Notes: generated by a model not told the origin, from the letters alone. A DNA stretch of 64,000 nucleotides from Haliotis rufescens (GCF_023055435.1 NW_025964057.1:1736001-1800000); one strand, 5' to 3'; positions 47,519-60,794 are shown, counted from the stretch's first letter. A program made the numbers and translations.

Positions 47519-49036
47519 GTATAAACATTCACGCCGAGGTTACACACAGAGGTTTTTAGTAGTCGGTTCTGTCCACGTTTTACTTGTTTAAGATTGGTGA
47601 AGTCGACAAAATTGAGGTGGATTTCCTAACAATCGCATTAATTGACCTGGCTACAATACAGCATGTTTTGTGCTGAATATAGGACAAGACAATCAGAACT
47701 ACCAACCCATAGTACCCCGCTGCTATTTACAGAAAACTGAAAAATCCCCATTAGTCTCTCATCATTAACATAATGGCTGACAAGGAATTTGCCAGCAGCA
47801 AAAGATTGTTTAAATTTCGAGACCTACTAACCGCAGGGTGGGAAACAGCTGAAACACAAACTACATGGAGAGAAGGGAGACGTGAATAAACTGTTCCTTT
47901 ACTTTGGTGATTTGGATCGTACAGACCCGACATGGTTGACTGAAATGATTTGGTTCAGTCTGCTTCTGCTGTGGAAGGCGAGATGGTGGGGATGAAGGAG
48001 CTTCACGTTGGAAGTAAGGTGCGATGACAACAAGCAGATAATATCTTTCCTTTACGGCAGCTGAAATAACACAGAATAAGCAAGGAGGCATCAGTGGTTC
48101 TGACCTGGATTCTTCCTATGTCAGAATATATAAAAGTGAATCCAACAGTGATCCAGCGGTGTGTTCTACCTGTCGAAACTCCACCCCGATTGTGAGAAAA
48201 CAGGCATTTGGGACAACAAGACTCCCATGCTTAAGAACACTCTCGGCACTATCATGCAGAGAATATCCAGAAAAGCTGGTCGACCGCAAGTGTGCACCTG
48301 ACAGTCTCTCCGAGCTTCAACCATCACATACCTGTACCACGCCGGAGTCGACATCGAGTAGTCCAAGTAATCCTAGAAACATCACATTCCTGGACACATG
48401 ATGCATGATGTCACTGCACAGAAGAAACCTACCCCAGCCAGGGAGTGTCAGACCGGTTCCCCTGCATAGGCGGTTCAGACGTGTTGATGTATTAATTTTG
48501 ATATTAGGACACACTCAGTGATATTCTCTACATAACAGTTACAACTACGGTTGTATATTCAATCAAGCTCTCACGAATAATTAAACCTTTTCCACATTCA
48601 TAAGAAATCTCTGCTACAAAACACAGTCGATTGTACGATTCCGACTACATCGTGAGCAGGTGTTTATGAATCACTATCAAATAGTGATGGCACCAGGTGT
48701 TCACGAAAGGGTGAGCGTGTCCTGCCCCAGCTGTGCACCCGTGCAAAGGTATGTCGAGTGTTCACCTGAAAAAAACACGGGAGCATATGGTACAAGTAAA
48801 AAAAAGGGAATTTCATTTGACATATTTTCTGTCACTGATGCGTCAAATTTGGAAATGTCCTCCACATGTCTACCAGAAAACCTTTTGAAAGCTTTAATGA
48901 GTCCTTGATTTAGCGTCGTATGCCATGCAAACATATCAACCATAAGTTATTAATTTGCTCGTTCGTTGCAATCATTGTATTTTAATAATTTTTGTATTCT
49001 GATTTGTTTTGCAAGCTGCCTCATGTTATACTACAG

Positions 49037-49386
49037 ACCGCCTCCGTGGTCTAGTGGTAGAGCGTCCGCCCGCAGAGCGGAAGCTCCGCGGTTGGTCCCC
49101 GACCGCGTCATAACAAAAGAAGTTAAAAGATGGCACTTGCTGTTACCCTGTCTGGCGCTCGGCATTAAGGGGCTAAAACAAGGACTGGTCGGCACGGTGT
49201 CAGTATACTGTGTCTGAGTAGGGTATTCATGTTCAACTGCGGCATGGTGTCTCAGTGAGCTAGCACTATAAATCGGCATCAGTCAGGACTAGTACAAGCA
49301 GCCACACAAACACACACACGTACATGCACGTCGCTATATAAGTGCAATAATCTTGGACGCGACGTTAAACCCTATTTCACCTCACC
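49037..49386 (+). mobile_element. Full-length Meta/MESC-type tRNA SINE, intronic
   Basis: Near-identical to 5899-6236. Flanked by tgttatac at 49024-49031 and 49387-49394 (probable TSD). Confidence 0.9.
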
Positions 49387-49591
49387 TGTTATACCTCAAG
49401 GGCTTTGAGCGAATGAATGGGATGGTGCAATGCCGCTTTGAACATCTTCGGCCACTCCATGGCATGTAAACATGGAGGAAAGGCCAAAGTCTCTGATAAT
49501 TGGATTGAAGCGGTCACCAATTGCAATACGGTTTACCAGTGCTTAATCTCAATATGGTTGTTGGTGGTTACTTGTCATATTGTACCTGCAG

Positions 49592-49685
49592 ATAGGGGCC
49601 ATGTTGTCTGGGCGCTGGTGGCTGTGTGTGTCTTCCTTGGATTGGTTGTGGTGGTCCTCCTGGTCCTCCTGGTCAGATGGAGAAG
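49592..49685 (+). CDS. Receptor exon h: transmembrane helix and stop-transfer
   Basis: cctgcag|AT AGG GGC...AGA AG|gtaacc. VVWALVAVCVFLGLVVVVLLVLLV-RWRR. Phase 1-2. Confidence 0.92.
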
Positions 49686-49967
49686 GTAACCATAGCAACA
49701 ACTTTGTTTTATGAAGGACTAAGAAATAGGAAAGCCACAACTAATTTCACTCGATATATATTGGTTTAAAATTTGGATTAATGTTAGGATAAAATGAAGT
49801 TCATGTTGACTGTGGTTATCAAAATTAGGAGGTATAAAATCAGAGGATTAAATTTTATCGTAATTAAATTGTACATGTATTGAATAATGTTTATATACCG
49901 AGTATTCTAATGCATTTCAACAACGTATACAGTTAACGTTTGTCTCCCCTGTTTAACTTGTTTACAG

Positions 49968-50133
49968 AATGATGATGACGGACAGGCAGAAGAAGTCGGA
50001 TGTTACTGTTGGCGCCGTGAGGAACCCAACCTACCAGGATGACACGAGAGATGCAGAGGCTGAGATTACCAATCACGTGTACGAGAAGATGGTCCGTGTG
50101 CTGCCACCTGTGTATGAAACGATACATGTCTAG
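49968..50133 (+). CDS. Receptor exon i: cytoplasmic tail with NPxY and paired tyrosine motifs
   Basis: tttacag|A ATG ATG ATG...GTC TAG. ...VRNPTYQDD...HVYEKMVRVLPPVYETIHV*. The nine exons total 1322 nt; with one upstream base that is 441 codons with no internal stop. Confidence 0.88.
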
Positions 50134-50965
50134 AGGTGTCGTTTTGTTTGACGGTCCATGTACCACCCCGTATTTGAGATGTAACATGTCTAGAGGGATC
50201 ATATTGTTTGATGGTCCATGTACCACCACGTATTTGAGATGTAACATGTCTAGAGGGGTAATTTTATTTGACGGTCCATGTACCACCCCGTATTTGAGAT
50301 GTAACATGTCTGGAGGGATCATATTGTTTGATGGTCCATGTACCACCCCGTATTCGTGACGCCACATGTCTAGAGGGGTAATTTTATTTGACGGTCCATG
50401 TACCACCCGTATTTGAGATGTCACATGTCTGGAGGGATCATATTGTTTGATGGTCCATGTACCACCCCGTATTTGAGATGTCACATGTCTAGAGGGGTAA
50501 TTTTATTTGACGGTCCATGTACCACCCGTATTTGAGATGCTACATGTCTGGAGGGATCATATTGTTTCATGGTCCATGTACCACCCCGTATTCGTGACGC
50601 CACATGTCTAGAGGGGTAATTTTGTTTGATGGTCCATGTACCACCCCGTATTCGTGACGCCACATGTCTAGAGGGGTAATTGTATTTGACGGTCCATGTA
50701 CCACCCGTATTTGAGATGTCACATGTCTAGAGGGATCATATTGTTTGATGGGTAATTTTGTTTGATGGTCTATGTTCAACCTCGTATTTGAGACGCCACA
50801 TGTCTAGAGGGGTAATTTCATTTGACGGTCTCTGTCTAGGGGGTAATTTTGTTTGATGGTCTATGTACTACCCCGTATTTGAGACGCCACATGTCTAGAG
50901 GGGTAATTTTGTTTGATAGTCTATGTGCCACCCCGTATTTGAGACGCCACATGTCTAGAGGGGTA
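50090..50965. repeat. Minisatellite, ~60-bp unit, ~13 copies, seeded on the receptor stop-codon region
   Basis: Unit ggtccatgtaccaccccgtatttgagatgtaacatgtctagaggggtaattttatttgac. The first copy overlaps the last codons. Confidence 0.95.
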
Positions 50966-52129
50966 TCTACATATTTAGTTTGATAAGGCACTTTGTTTAT
51001 TTTGAACGTGTTTTCAATATTGGCACCAAATCATCACTTGTGTAAATCAAGAACCTATCACTATTTAGAGTTCAGTTGTATTGGAAATCACCTAAAGTAC
51101 ATAAATCAATCCAACCGCATATCCATAAATATTTATTAACTGAAGACATGGACTTGCAACATTAATTATCAATTCAAAACAATACAATTTGTGGTATGCG
51201 AGTGTAAGCAAGTGTCATTATGTATTTAACTACACAAATCCTTTTTGTGTCATTTTGATGAACCCTCCGTGAACACCCGGGTTAAAATATGTCTAGGCGA
51301 CTGACGGGATCGGGGGTCAGGCTCGCTGACTTCACATTTATATATTACATTTAAGAAATATAACAATAGAGCCGGATCATTTTGTAACCATTACCACGCA
51401 ATATCGAACCTTATGTTTTGCACTTGACATTGATAGTTTATGTTTCACATGTGTCCATTATGCAAAGTGTTAAGTGATTACTCATATATATTTATATAAA
51501 GGCGTGATAGGAATATTTACTGTTATCCAAGCTGTCTTAGATTACAAATCTTGCTGACATTTTAAGCAGCCAAAGTCATTTTTATAATAAATCATTAGTT
51601 ACAGTGTACAACGATCTAATATTATTCATCTCTAAATTGAATCTCACCAGATTGTCTGGCATTGCTCCAAGGCTGTACTGAAAGGACAGTACTCCAGTCT
51701 CTTAAAGGGACAACTTGTTCTTATTCTTCCCCAGAACTTTATGATTAAAACTAATAATTATCTTCTTAGAGACTTGTTTAAGTCTACAAATGGTCTTTTG
51801 ATATCATATATAGCAACCGGCTTGAAAGTAGAAAATACTTTTGTCGATCAAAGTTGACGGTGAGATATTGTTTATTTATCCAATTTCTCTTTCAGTAACA
51901 AATTTGTCTTACAATGTTCTGGACCATCGTAAAATGGTCAGGGTGCATCCCGTGGAAAAAGAAAATGATAAACTAACAACTGAAGTAATTGTGTGATTAT
52001 CTAAATAATAAATATGCTAGTTTTTCGAATAACTGAATAGTTCTGTAAGCTGCTATTTATTTCGACAAAAGAAATGCTGCTCTCAAGTTGTTCTGTTGAC
52101 ATGTTATTACATCATTATTTTTCTCCAAT

Positions 52130-52370
52130 GTAACGAACTGCAATTCGTTGGGCAGAGTTGTGTCCCTAGGCACGCCAGAAACCGCGGGTTCTAATCCCGG
52201 TTCGCCCTGATCATGTTTTTTGGTTTGTCTGCACCATACCCGTGCTCATGGGTTTCACCAATGTAATAAACGTACTACATCACTTCGGGTTTTCCTCCCA
52301 CATTAAGCTGACACGCGATGATTGCAATGGAATACGGTTCAAAGTTGGGTTAAACCCAAGTCACTTACCA
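52130..52370 (+). mobile_element. Diverged copy of the tRNA-Leu-like SINE
   Basis: gcagagttgtgtccctaggcacgccagaaacc...ggttctaatcccggttcgcc...cccacattaagctgacacg. Confidence 0.8.
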
Positions 52371-54747
52371 CATAAAATGAAACCCATTGTACGTGTGTTA
52401 TCTGGCATCCAGAAACATATACCCATGAAGCTGTTTCAGTGTAATACCTCTTTGTTCAGCTCTCATGTGGTCATTGATCGCCTATATTTTAATTGCTACA
52501 AATTACTACAAATTACTGCTTCATTATGTTCAATGATACATGCCAAGCAATGTGTATTTTCATTTAATTTTTTCTGTTACATTTTTTCTAACCACATACG
52601 CGTTTTTTGTTTATATTTTTTGTTTACTATACCGTTAAAATTTGATATTCGTGAAAAACTGTTTCAATTCATTATATTCTGAAATCCACACATTAAATAG
52701 GGTCACGTTTTGGAAGAAGGCTCAGAATGGACAAAACAAATAATTAATTCAAGTTTAAATGGGTGACATATACGTGGGGTACATATAATGGTTGAGAGAT
52801 AATCCCTTAGCATCCAGTTCAACGTTTTTTTCAGAATACGTAATGTGTCCTTGTATCCCTCGTGAGATTTACACCAGTTGAGATGAACTAATATGATTAT
52901 AGACAAGATATCATTTTGGGTTTAGATGCGCTGGTTCAATAACTATCTAGCTATTGGTTGAAACATGATCACGTATATACATATACTGAACATGTATTAA
53001 CAAGATAAGTCGTTATTTTGTGTTAAACACACGAAATACTATTACTGTAATACGAGTGATATGGATTAATGTACATCATATTGTTACATCCAATTGACTA
53101 TTTAATAGTGATTACATAACACATGCTCATGATATAGTCAGATTTATACACCGGACTCTGCTTTTAGTAGATATGTCATATGATTATTGGAATTGTTTTT
53201 TGCCACCTTAAATTTGTTCAGACATAATTAGCGAAATTAAATGTTGCTCGCCTGGCTTCTTGTCTTGATGTATGTTTTCAATGTCGACGGCGACACAAAT
53301 GTAAATACCAATAAAACACTACTCTACAGGTCTTGTCTCGAATTATTGTCAAGTTTATACGTTGACTTTTGTCTCGTATGACAATATTTACAGTTTAGCT
53401 AACCATTGGTTGCAAATTGAAATTTACCCCCGATATACATGTTACGCCTAGCTTAACTTACATTAACTTCCACGGTCATAGCCTAACTTCAAACTATCGA
53501 ATTAACATAAGTAAGAGTTATGTCCCTTTATCCAAGAAGAACCCAAGTTATTAGTGTTCTGTTAACACGTGACGATGTCATGTTTCCAGCTCGCAAGACC
53601 TCTTCTTAATGCTGCATGTGTGTTAAGAACCTCGGACTATCGGCCAGTACACCAACAGCGTAGTTCCTGAATACTCCCTGCTTTATAGGTGGCTTTTGTT
53701 CTGAAACTTTTGACAGTATACTGTTTCAGTCAACAATGAAAGGAGGACTCATATTTACCCACATGTCAAGCAAACTATGGATCTAAACCCCTGGCCACAT
53801 GATATCCCCCCGCATATTCGATACGTGTGTGTGTGTGTGTGTGTGAGAGAGAGATTCGGGTCATAGTTAGTGCCTGTCTCAACTTTAAACTGCTCTCACA
53901 AAATACGACCATTATTCAGTGATTCGAGTTAACATTGAATTAAGTTGAAAACACCAACAAATGCAGAAACATATTTCACCCGTCTTTATTATTACCGATC
54001 ATTTATCAATTACAATTAAACAAGTCGATAGAGATGAATAAAGTAAAATGTACCGAATTTACCAAAGTTCTCAAAGTGCAAATCAACTGCAAGGGGGTGA
54101 TTGAACTCTTAGTGGTAGAAAGTGGATCACATTCCATTGGAACTCACTGAACAGAAATTCCTATCGTCAGTTACAGTGGTGTTTGGTGGTGGTTCATAAA
54201 CAGTAATTGTTAGCGTACTTACCTACAATCTTTGTTTTACATTGATCTTTTCGTAAGTTTCGGATATACTCGTACATCATCCAAAATGGGGTTATGTAAA
54301 ATCGGTACATTTATTTTTTTACATCATATTACAATTCACGGGTACATAGTATTTGGCAGAGTATGGACTTCCCTTCGTGCCTGAGATACCTCTCTATATT
54401 TCCTCTTCCTCATATTTCGGTAGCGGAGTGCGCAGTGTACAATGTTCCAGAGTGCTTACCATGAGGGAAGCAACCTCTACAGACGCCCTTTTCTGGTCTG
54501 CTTCGCAGCATTTGCAGAGGAACGAGACAGCTTCTGAACAGCATGGATACTGGCCGATCCAATGACATCTCAGTGTACAGTTACAGTCTGTTTCCTTGGA
54601 CTGACACGAAGCAGTTTTGCTTCTTTAAGGTGTCAGCGGTTCCCTCGTCTACAGGGCTCATCGGGCCTCTTTGTAGACACACTTTCCTTTGGAATACAAC
54701 GTGTAACGCCATGAGGAGCATTTACATGGCGCCAAGGGTCCCCCCTT

Positions 54748-56361
54748 CTACAGCAGTACGATACTTGTAGAAGGACCACGGGTATGGATTGCTCTGATGA
54801 GGTGCATCAGCAGGAAGTAGTTACTCTGCTGTTTCACATGGGCATCGGTGGCTTGGCACCTGCAAAACAATAGCTCAATATGAGTGTTAACCAGCCCGTC
54901 GGGATTTAACGCTGTACAATATTCCGTCTGTATGGCGGTGCCTGGTAAATACTCGAATCTGGACCATCATTACATTATTTTTCGTTTCTCTGAAGGTCTG
55001 TAATCTTTCTCATTGAGGGGGACACGGGTGGCTCAGTCGTCTAAGGCGCCGCGATTCGCTGTGCAGAGTTGCGTCCCTTAGACACGCCAGAAACCTATGA
55101 TTGTGGGTTCGAATCCCGGTTCGCCGTGTTTATGTTTCTAGGTTTGTCAGCACCATACCCGTGCTCGTGGGTTTCACCAAAGTGGATCACTCCGGCTTTC
55201 CTCCCACATTAAGCTGACACGCCGCGATATAACTGGAATACTGTTAAAAGCAGCGTTAAACCCAACTCATTCACTCACTTTCTCATGGAACTGTAGCAAT
55301 AGTCTACTTTGACAGACACTATGGCATTTGAACAAAATAATTTTTTTTATCCGGTTAATAAATCCTTCCACTGTTTCACGATGCCTTAACAAGACATCAG
55401 CAACCTGAACATACATTTTGCACTCACTGTTCAAGCCACCTGCTGCCCTATCGCTCCTGAGCGTCATGTAGAATTTAGCCCTTTGCCGTTTTCTTCTTGC
55501 ACTGAGTTTACCTCCACTACCTTGACAAGGAGTTTTGGAATCCACTCCCTCCTCTGCTCTGGGGCTAAATTCCCTTGACGTCTGCTTGTGCTGTTCCGAA
55601 ACTGAAACGTGAGTTAGTTTGGTTTAGCACAATGCAAGCTATTTGACAGCTGGGAGCATAAGGAAAGGGCTTCACATATTGGGCCTATGTATGTAAACGT
55701 CATTCGGAGACAACGCGTTAACCACGAGACTATCCAACCACTCCGAAAAAAATGTCACACTTGCTCTTTGATGTCACAAAACAGTCCTAGCTTCACAACT
55801 GATTTGGAGCACGTATATTTTATTCGAATTTCACGAACTCCTTTTGCTTACAACTAAGCTTTTCAATAATCTATGTTTTACCATCAAAGCCATTACATAA
55901 ATTTAATGGAAGACATTCAGTGGGATTTATATAATATGACACCCGATGCAATCCCATGCAACCTTTAAATGGGATTTTTACACCTCCTAACTTATTGTCA
56001 CTTGTTGATGAAACTTGTGTGAGTGGCGGGTGCTACCAGACATGCTTACCCTTTCGCGCACAGCTGGTGTCAGCACTGATTTCCACTGATCAATTCATAT
56101 AATTTTCATATTTTGTTATTACGGAAACGCAGATAATAGAGACAATTTTTCTCAGTCGTTGACGTTTTGAATTTATGATATGTGAGCCTACTCACGATTT
56201 GACAGCTGTGTCCAGAGCTTCTCCCGGTCCCCAATGACGTCGAAGATGTAGTAGTTGTTGATGATGGTGCAGCCCTTCTTCATCTTTGAATGCTGGATCG
56301 TATTCGTCCCAATCTGGGTCACCTTCATACCCTGCCCGCCAACAACTTCTTCAGACATTTC
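54748..56361 (-). CDS. Candidate small spliced gene or pseudogene with an N-terminal RHIM-like motif (KVTQIGTNTIQ...TIINNYYI)
   Basis: Exon 56361-56196 (caacag|GAA ATG...AAT C|gtgagt) joins in phase to the exon starting at 55601 (gtttcag|TT TCG GAA). A possible donor AT|gtatgt at 55415 joins ttttgcag| at 54859 and runs to TAG 54750-54748. The last junction is uncertain; sequence down to ~54390 looks like decayed coding. Confidence 0.5.
55018..55278 (+). mobile_element. Full-length tRNA-Leu-like-headed SINE
   Basis: ggtggctcagtcgtctaaggcgcc...gtgggttcgaatccc, tail gcgttaaacccaactcattcactcac. Confidence 0.88.
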
Positions 56362-58199
56362 CTGTTGGACATCAAGTTAAAGAACTAGATTTGTATTTGA
56401 TTTACATTAAACACACATCGAGCATGTAGCAGAGAATCATGTCGAATTTAGCAAGTGGATGAGAGGTAGCTAAACCCACTAATATGTATTTATTTTTACG
56501 TTTCATCCAGTTTTAGTTAAAATGCAAAGATATGAAGTTCTATTAATTATTTTATTTCATGGCACGTGTTTGTTTTGCGAACACTTGTCTAATGTAGTTC
56601 AAGAGAAAGTCTTACAGAGAGAAATATGCATCACTCCCGTTTTCACTGCAACTACACTCCCGCAAGTTATCAAAACAAAACCAATAATTGATTGTTCTGT
56701 CCAAAGTCCAACGAAGTCCCATATGTATTAGATAACTAAAGCTTAGAGGTGCTAGTGTCTCCGCCGAACCTTGTATGTAAATACATACGAGGATTGATTG
56801 TGAAAATCTGAGCCTCGCATAGATTCAATTGCTAAAAAGTCAAATATTTTGTTGTGGACATATCATGATTTCCTTGAAGTATATCCACTAAAACATGAGT
56901 GAACTGAGCAAATTGTTTCGCTTTGACAAGTCAGTAATATATGCAGGAGTCTGTGATCTATGCCAACTTGAGGGACGTATAGCTACAAAGTACTTGGAGA
57001 ATAAGGACTAAACATCAAAAGCCATCCATGATATATGTACAACACTACGGAAGGATGCTCTTTCCTAGTGTAAGTATTATTTTTGTTTCCATGGCAACAA
57101 GTTTGACTTTGACTCTGGTGGTGTGTACCTGACATAGAAATACAAAGTTCCGAATCCCAATTCCATGGTATAGTTTTGATAGCTCAATAACTACTCTTGT
57201 ATATGGTTATCGGTTTGGGTCAAGTGACAAGAGTGCTGGTTTTATGTAAGCAAGTGGAAGGGAAAGAACTTCAGATCAGTTGGTCATAGAGAGTATATGA
57301 GGACAGGTGTTCACTATCACCGTGGTTTCTACAAGCTCAGGACAGCAGCATGGTAGATTTCCCTAGATCGCGGCCTAAGGGTCGGACACTCCCAAGGAAC
57401 CCGATGGTGCAAGGAGAACCTTGTTTACACCGGAAACAGAAAGCAACAAGACATCAGGGGAGGCCACGCACAACACTGGCGACCGATGGGAAGGCCAAGG
57501 CATATTTGTAATAATCCCCATTCAAATACGTATAAAACGGTTTTGGGCTAATTTTGACATAATGGGATTTTGTGAATCATTTTTTGCGCAGTGCTGACAA
57601 ATTCAGTGACTTCGTGTCAGGGTATCACACAATAAACTGTAAAAAAGAAATGACACCAGTGTTGTGTTTCCGTACGTCAACATTAAGCTGAGATAACGAT
57701 TATTTTATTCACTTAAGTATTGACTTTCACTGTGAGTTCATTGGAGTTTGAAGGTATCAATATCAATATTTGTTTGCTTCAAAGGATGTAGACCTAGATC
57801 TATACACAATTATGTTTAGTACGTGTGACTTCATGTTAACACTGACAGCCATAAACGTGACGAGAGAGATATTCGAAGTTGTTAATGAACCTGTGACAAG
57901 CGTTAGTCACCACTGATCAATTGGCCGATCATTGAAAGGTGATTGCAAAGACGTGTCAAATAGATACTAAGGTAAATTTATAGATTGACGTAGACTGTCA
58001 CTGTAGTCTAGACACGGACCGAGTGGATACTACAATAGTTTGGATGTGCTTTTCTTCGTTTTGTTCTCCTGGGTGGGTTGTAGCGAGGATATCCTTGAAC
58101 GGGCACGCAATCAAACTTTCTGACTTATCTCAATGTCTGCTTAAACGCTAACTCCAAGAATAAAGGGTCTAAATAATGAGAAACAACGCTTCTGTATTT

Positions 58200-58700
58200 A
58201 GAACCCTTTCCTCGTAATGAGGAATTCCCTACTGATACTCTAGACTTAATATAGGGCTCTGATGATTATCCTGGTTTGTTTTTTGACATACCAAGGACAT
58301 CTTCCAAGGACAATGTATTTCACTATAGTCATGGTGTTAAATAAGTCTAGTTGTGTCGCTTTTGGGAATGTATACATTAAATGGTAGGAGTTTCAGTGAC
58401 ACATTTGGTGAATTTACTTGTATTACTTATAACGGGTGTAGTGTTGTTGATTATATGATTGTTCTTTCTTTCTTATTTCAATATATTACAGACTGTTGGT
58501 TTGAATTTGGGTACATTAAACACTACCCGAATTACTGTTCCCTTGACATTAACACTTCTGCCTCAACACAATCACCTCAAAACACTAGGGGCGGTGAAAA
58601 TACGGACAAACAAAAAGAAAGTATACTGAAAAAATTCACTTGGAGTAAGGACACTAATAATTCTGTTATTACAAATTTCCACAACATATTATTGTTATGT
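58200..58700 (+). mobile_element. LINE apurinic-endonuclease fragment, decayed
   Basis: LNGRSFSDTFGEFTCITYNGCSVVDYMIV matches the NGR...G.FT...S.VDY motif of LINE APE domains. Confidence 0.8.
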
Positions 58701-58721
58701 TCTGTCACTTGTAACAAGTGC

Positions 58722-58882
58722 ACAGTAAAGTAAGTTTGTAACGAACACGCTTATAACGAACTGACGGATATAACGAACAAATCTTTTTTTGTCCCGACTA
58801 TTTGTTATAAGTTATGCTGTAAATATGCTTATAACGAACTACGGTTATAACAAACTAAAGTTAGTGGTCCCTTCGAGTTCGT
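58722..58882. mobile_element. pogo/Tigger-like MITE
   Basis: Starts cagtaaa, internal ataacgaac repeats, inverted gagttcgttataaccgtagtttact near the end. Confidence 0.65.
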
Positions 58883-60794
58883 TATAACCGTAGTTTACTT
58901 TATTCCATTACCAGCAGAACACACAAAAACTTTTCATTGTGAGGTATTTAGACTAAGGAATAACAGCCAATCTCCCTGGTGGGATCAGGACAAATAAAAC
59001 ACAAAGTCCATGGTATTAAGGTCCCACAGAGATCATCACACTGACATTACACAGTTAACAAAACTACGATGTCCTAATACAATCACCTGTGTGAATTGAG
59101 AGCTTCTTTTTAAAGTAACTTTATGAACAAGAAAGATTTCCTTTTGGGTAAACAGAACGGCATATTAGTTTAGTGTAGCTCCAAATAATCTTTAACAATA
59201 ATTCATATGTTCACACTGAAAGCTATCATTAAAAAATATCCACCTATGAAAATGGGTGAGATATTACTCCCCATTTTTAGATTTCTCCAAAGTGTTTGAC
59301 AAACGGAAACATGATAGTAACTTTGTGGAGTTTGGATATCGTGCATGTTTTTCAATGTTATTTCCTCAATGCATTCACATTTAACAGTTTATGTTAAAAC
59401 CAAAATGGGTTTTTCAGCTTGTTTTAACTGTAATACCAGTGCCTGTCAGGGTTGCATCTCAAGTCCATACATTTTGTAAAAGAAAATGGAGAAAGAGGGG
59501 GAAGGTATGCAAGAAAATCTAAAGAAGACTAAAGATACAGATTTTTAGATATGGTGGTCCCATCATGTGCTCATGCAAAATGGTATTATACTGTTAACCT
59601 TATTTAAACTGTGTCAATCTACAGATATGTGGGATAATAGAGGCTGTCCAACTTAAATTTTGAAAACACTAAGGCAACTTTTAATGGTATGGTCCTTTGA
59701 GAATGTTGAAGACTCCCTGTAAAGTGTGTTTATTTGTCACGTGTAATGAAATTTTGGTGTCGTTTTATACACGTGCCACAAAACAGACTTTCACATCAAA
59801 GTTATCTACTGTTTAGATCACATCATGTCAAATTGATGAAGTTGGTCGTTCAACATGGCCATTGAAAGTAAGAAATAGTGTTTATCAATATGGTTTTGAT
59901 CATGCGTTGTTAAGCTGAGAAATTGGTAATTGTAAACATCTTTCTATCATTTTTAAAGCAAAGGTAAACTGATAATGTACAACAATCATCGTACTCGTCC
60001 TGTAACATCAATTAACGATTCTTCCAAATGCTAATAGAAGAGAGCTATATACTTTGTGATATTTCAATTTCAGAATAGTAATTTCCAGATTTAGGTGTAG
60101 TGTTTTCAAAATTGCGGTTGAAACCTGTGAATATACAAATTTAGAATTTAAACAAGGGTTGTGTGTGTATTGCAAGTCAGGAGATCTTGTTCATGTTGGA
60201 AATTAAATCCATGTGCTATTTATTTGCAACCTATCTATAGATATTAGACTGACATGAGGCATTTTGCATGGGCGATAGAGCCAACTTATAGAGACGGCCA
60301 TAACCAGTATCACAATGCTTTTTGTGTGAGCAATCGATATCAGTCCGGGGGGTAAACAAATGGAGTTACGTCGCTTAGTGCGTCGTCTGCTCGGCTATAT
60401 TTTTCGTGACAATGTTTTCCAAACATGGTGATGTCATGGTGTATGATAAAAAGGTCAATATATTGCAGTTTTCATATCAACCCCCACCTCGGCTCTCTGG
60501 TCTTCGGTCCTCGGGCTGATATGTGTGTCTTGGGATGATATAGGGTATGTGAAAACTGTCATAACCTCTAATTATTGCATTGAACGTCCTGGGTTATACA
60601 GCTGACATAATTCAATGCACATAACATGGGATCTCGGTGATACAATATCCTTGTATCGTGGTAAATGTTCCAACGCGTGGTGCATTTTCACAGCAGGTGA
60701 CGTTAAGCAACACTTAGATGAACACGTGTGTCAAACCGGGCCTGAATTGTAGAGATTGTTTTGTTTAGAGGTCATTCCTGCACTAGACTCCCGG

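Noticed and set aside
47690-48950. Coding-like intronic stretch with several short ORFs
   Set aside because: No recognisable motif or consistent frame. Probably an old transposon remnant, but I cannot support a call.
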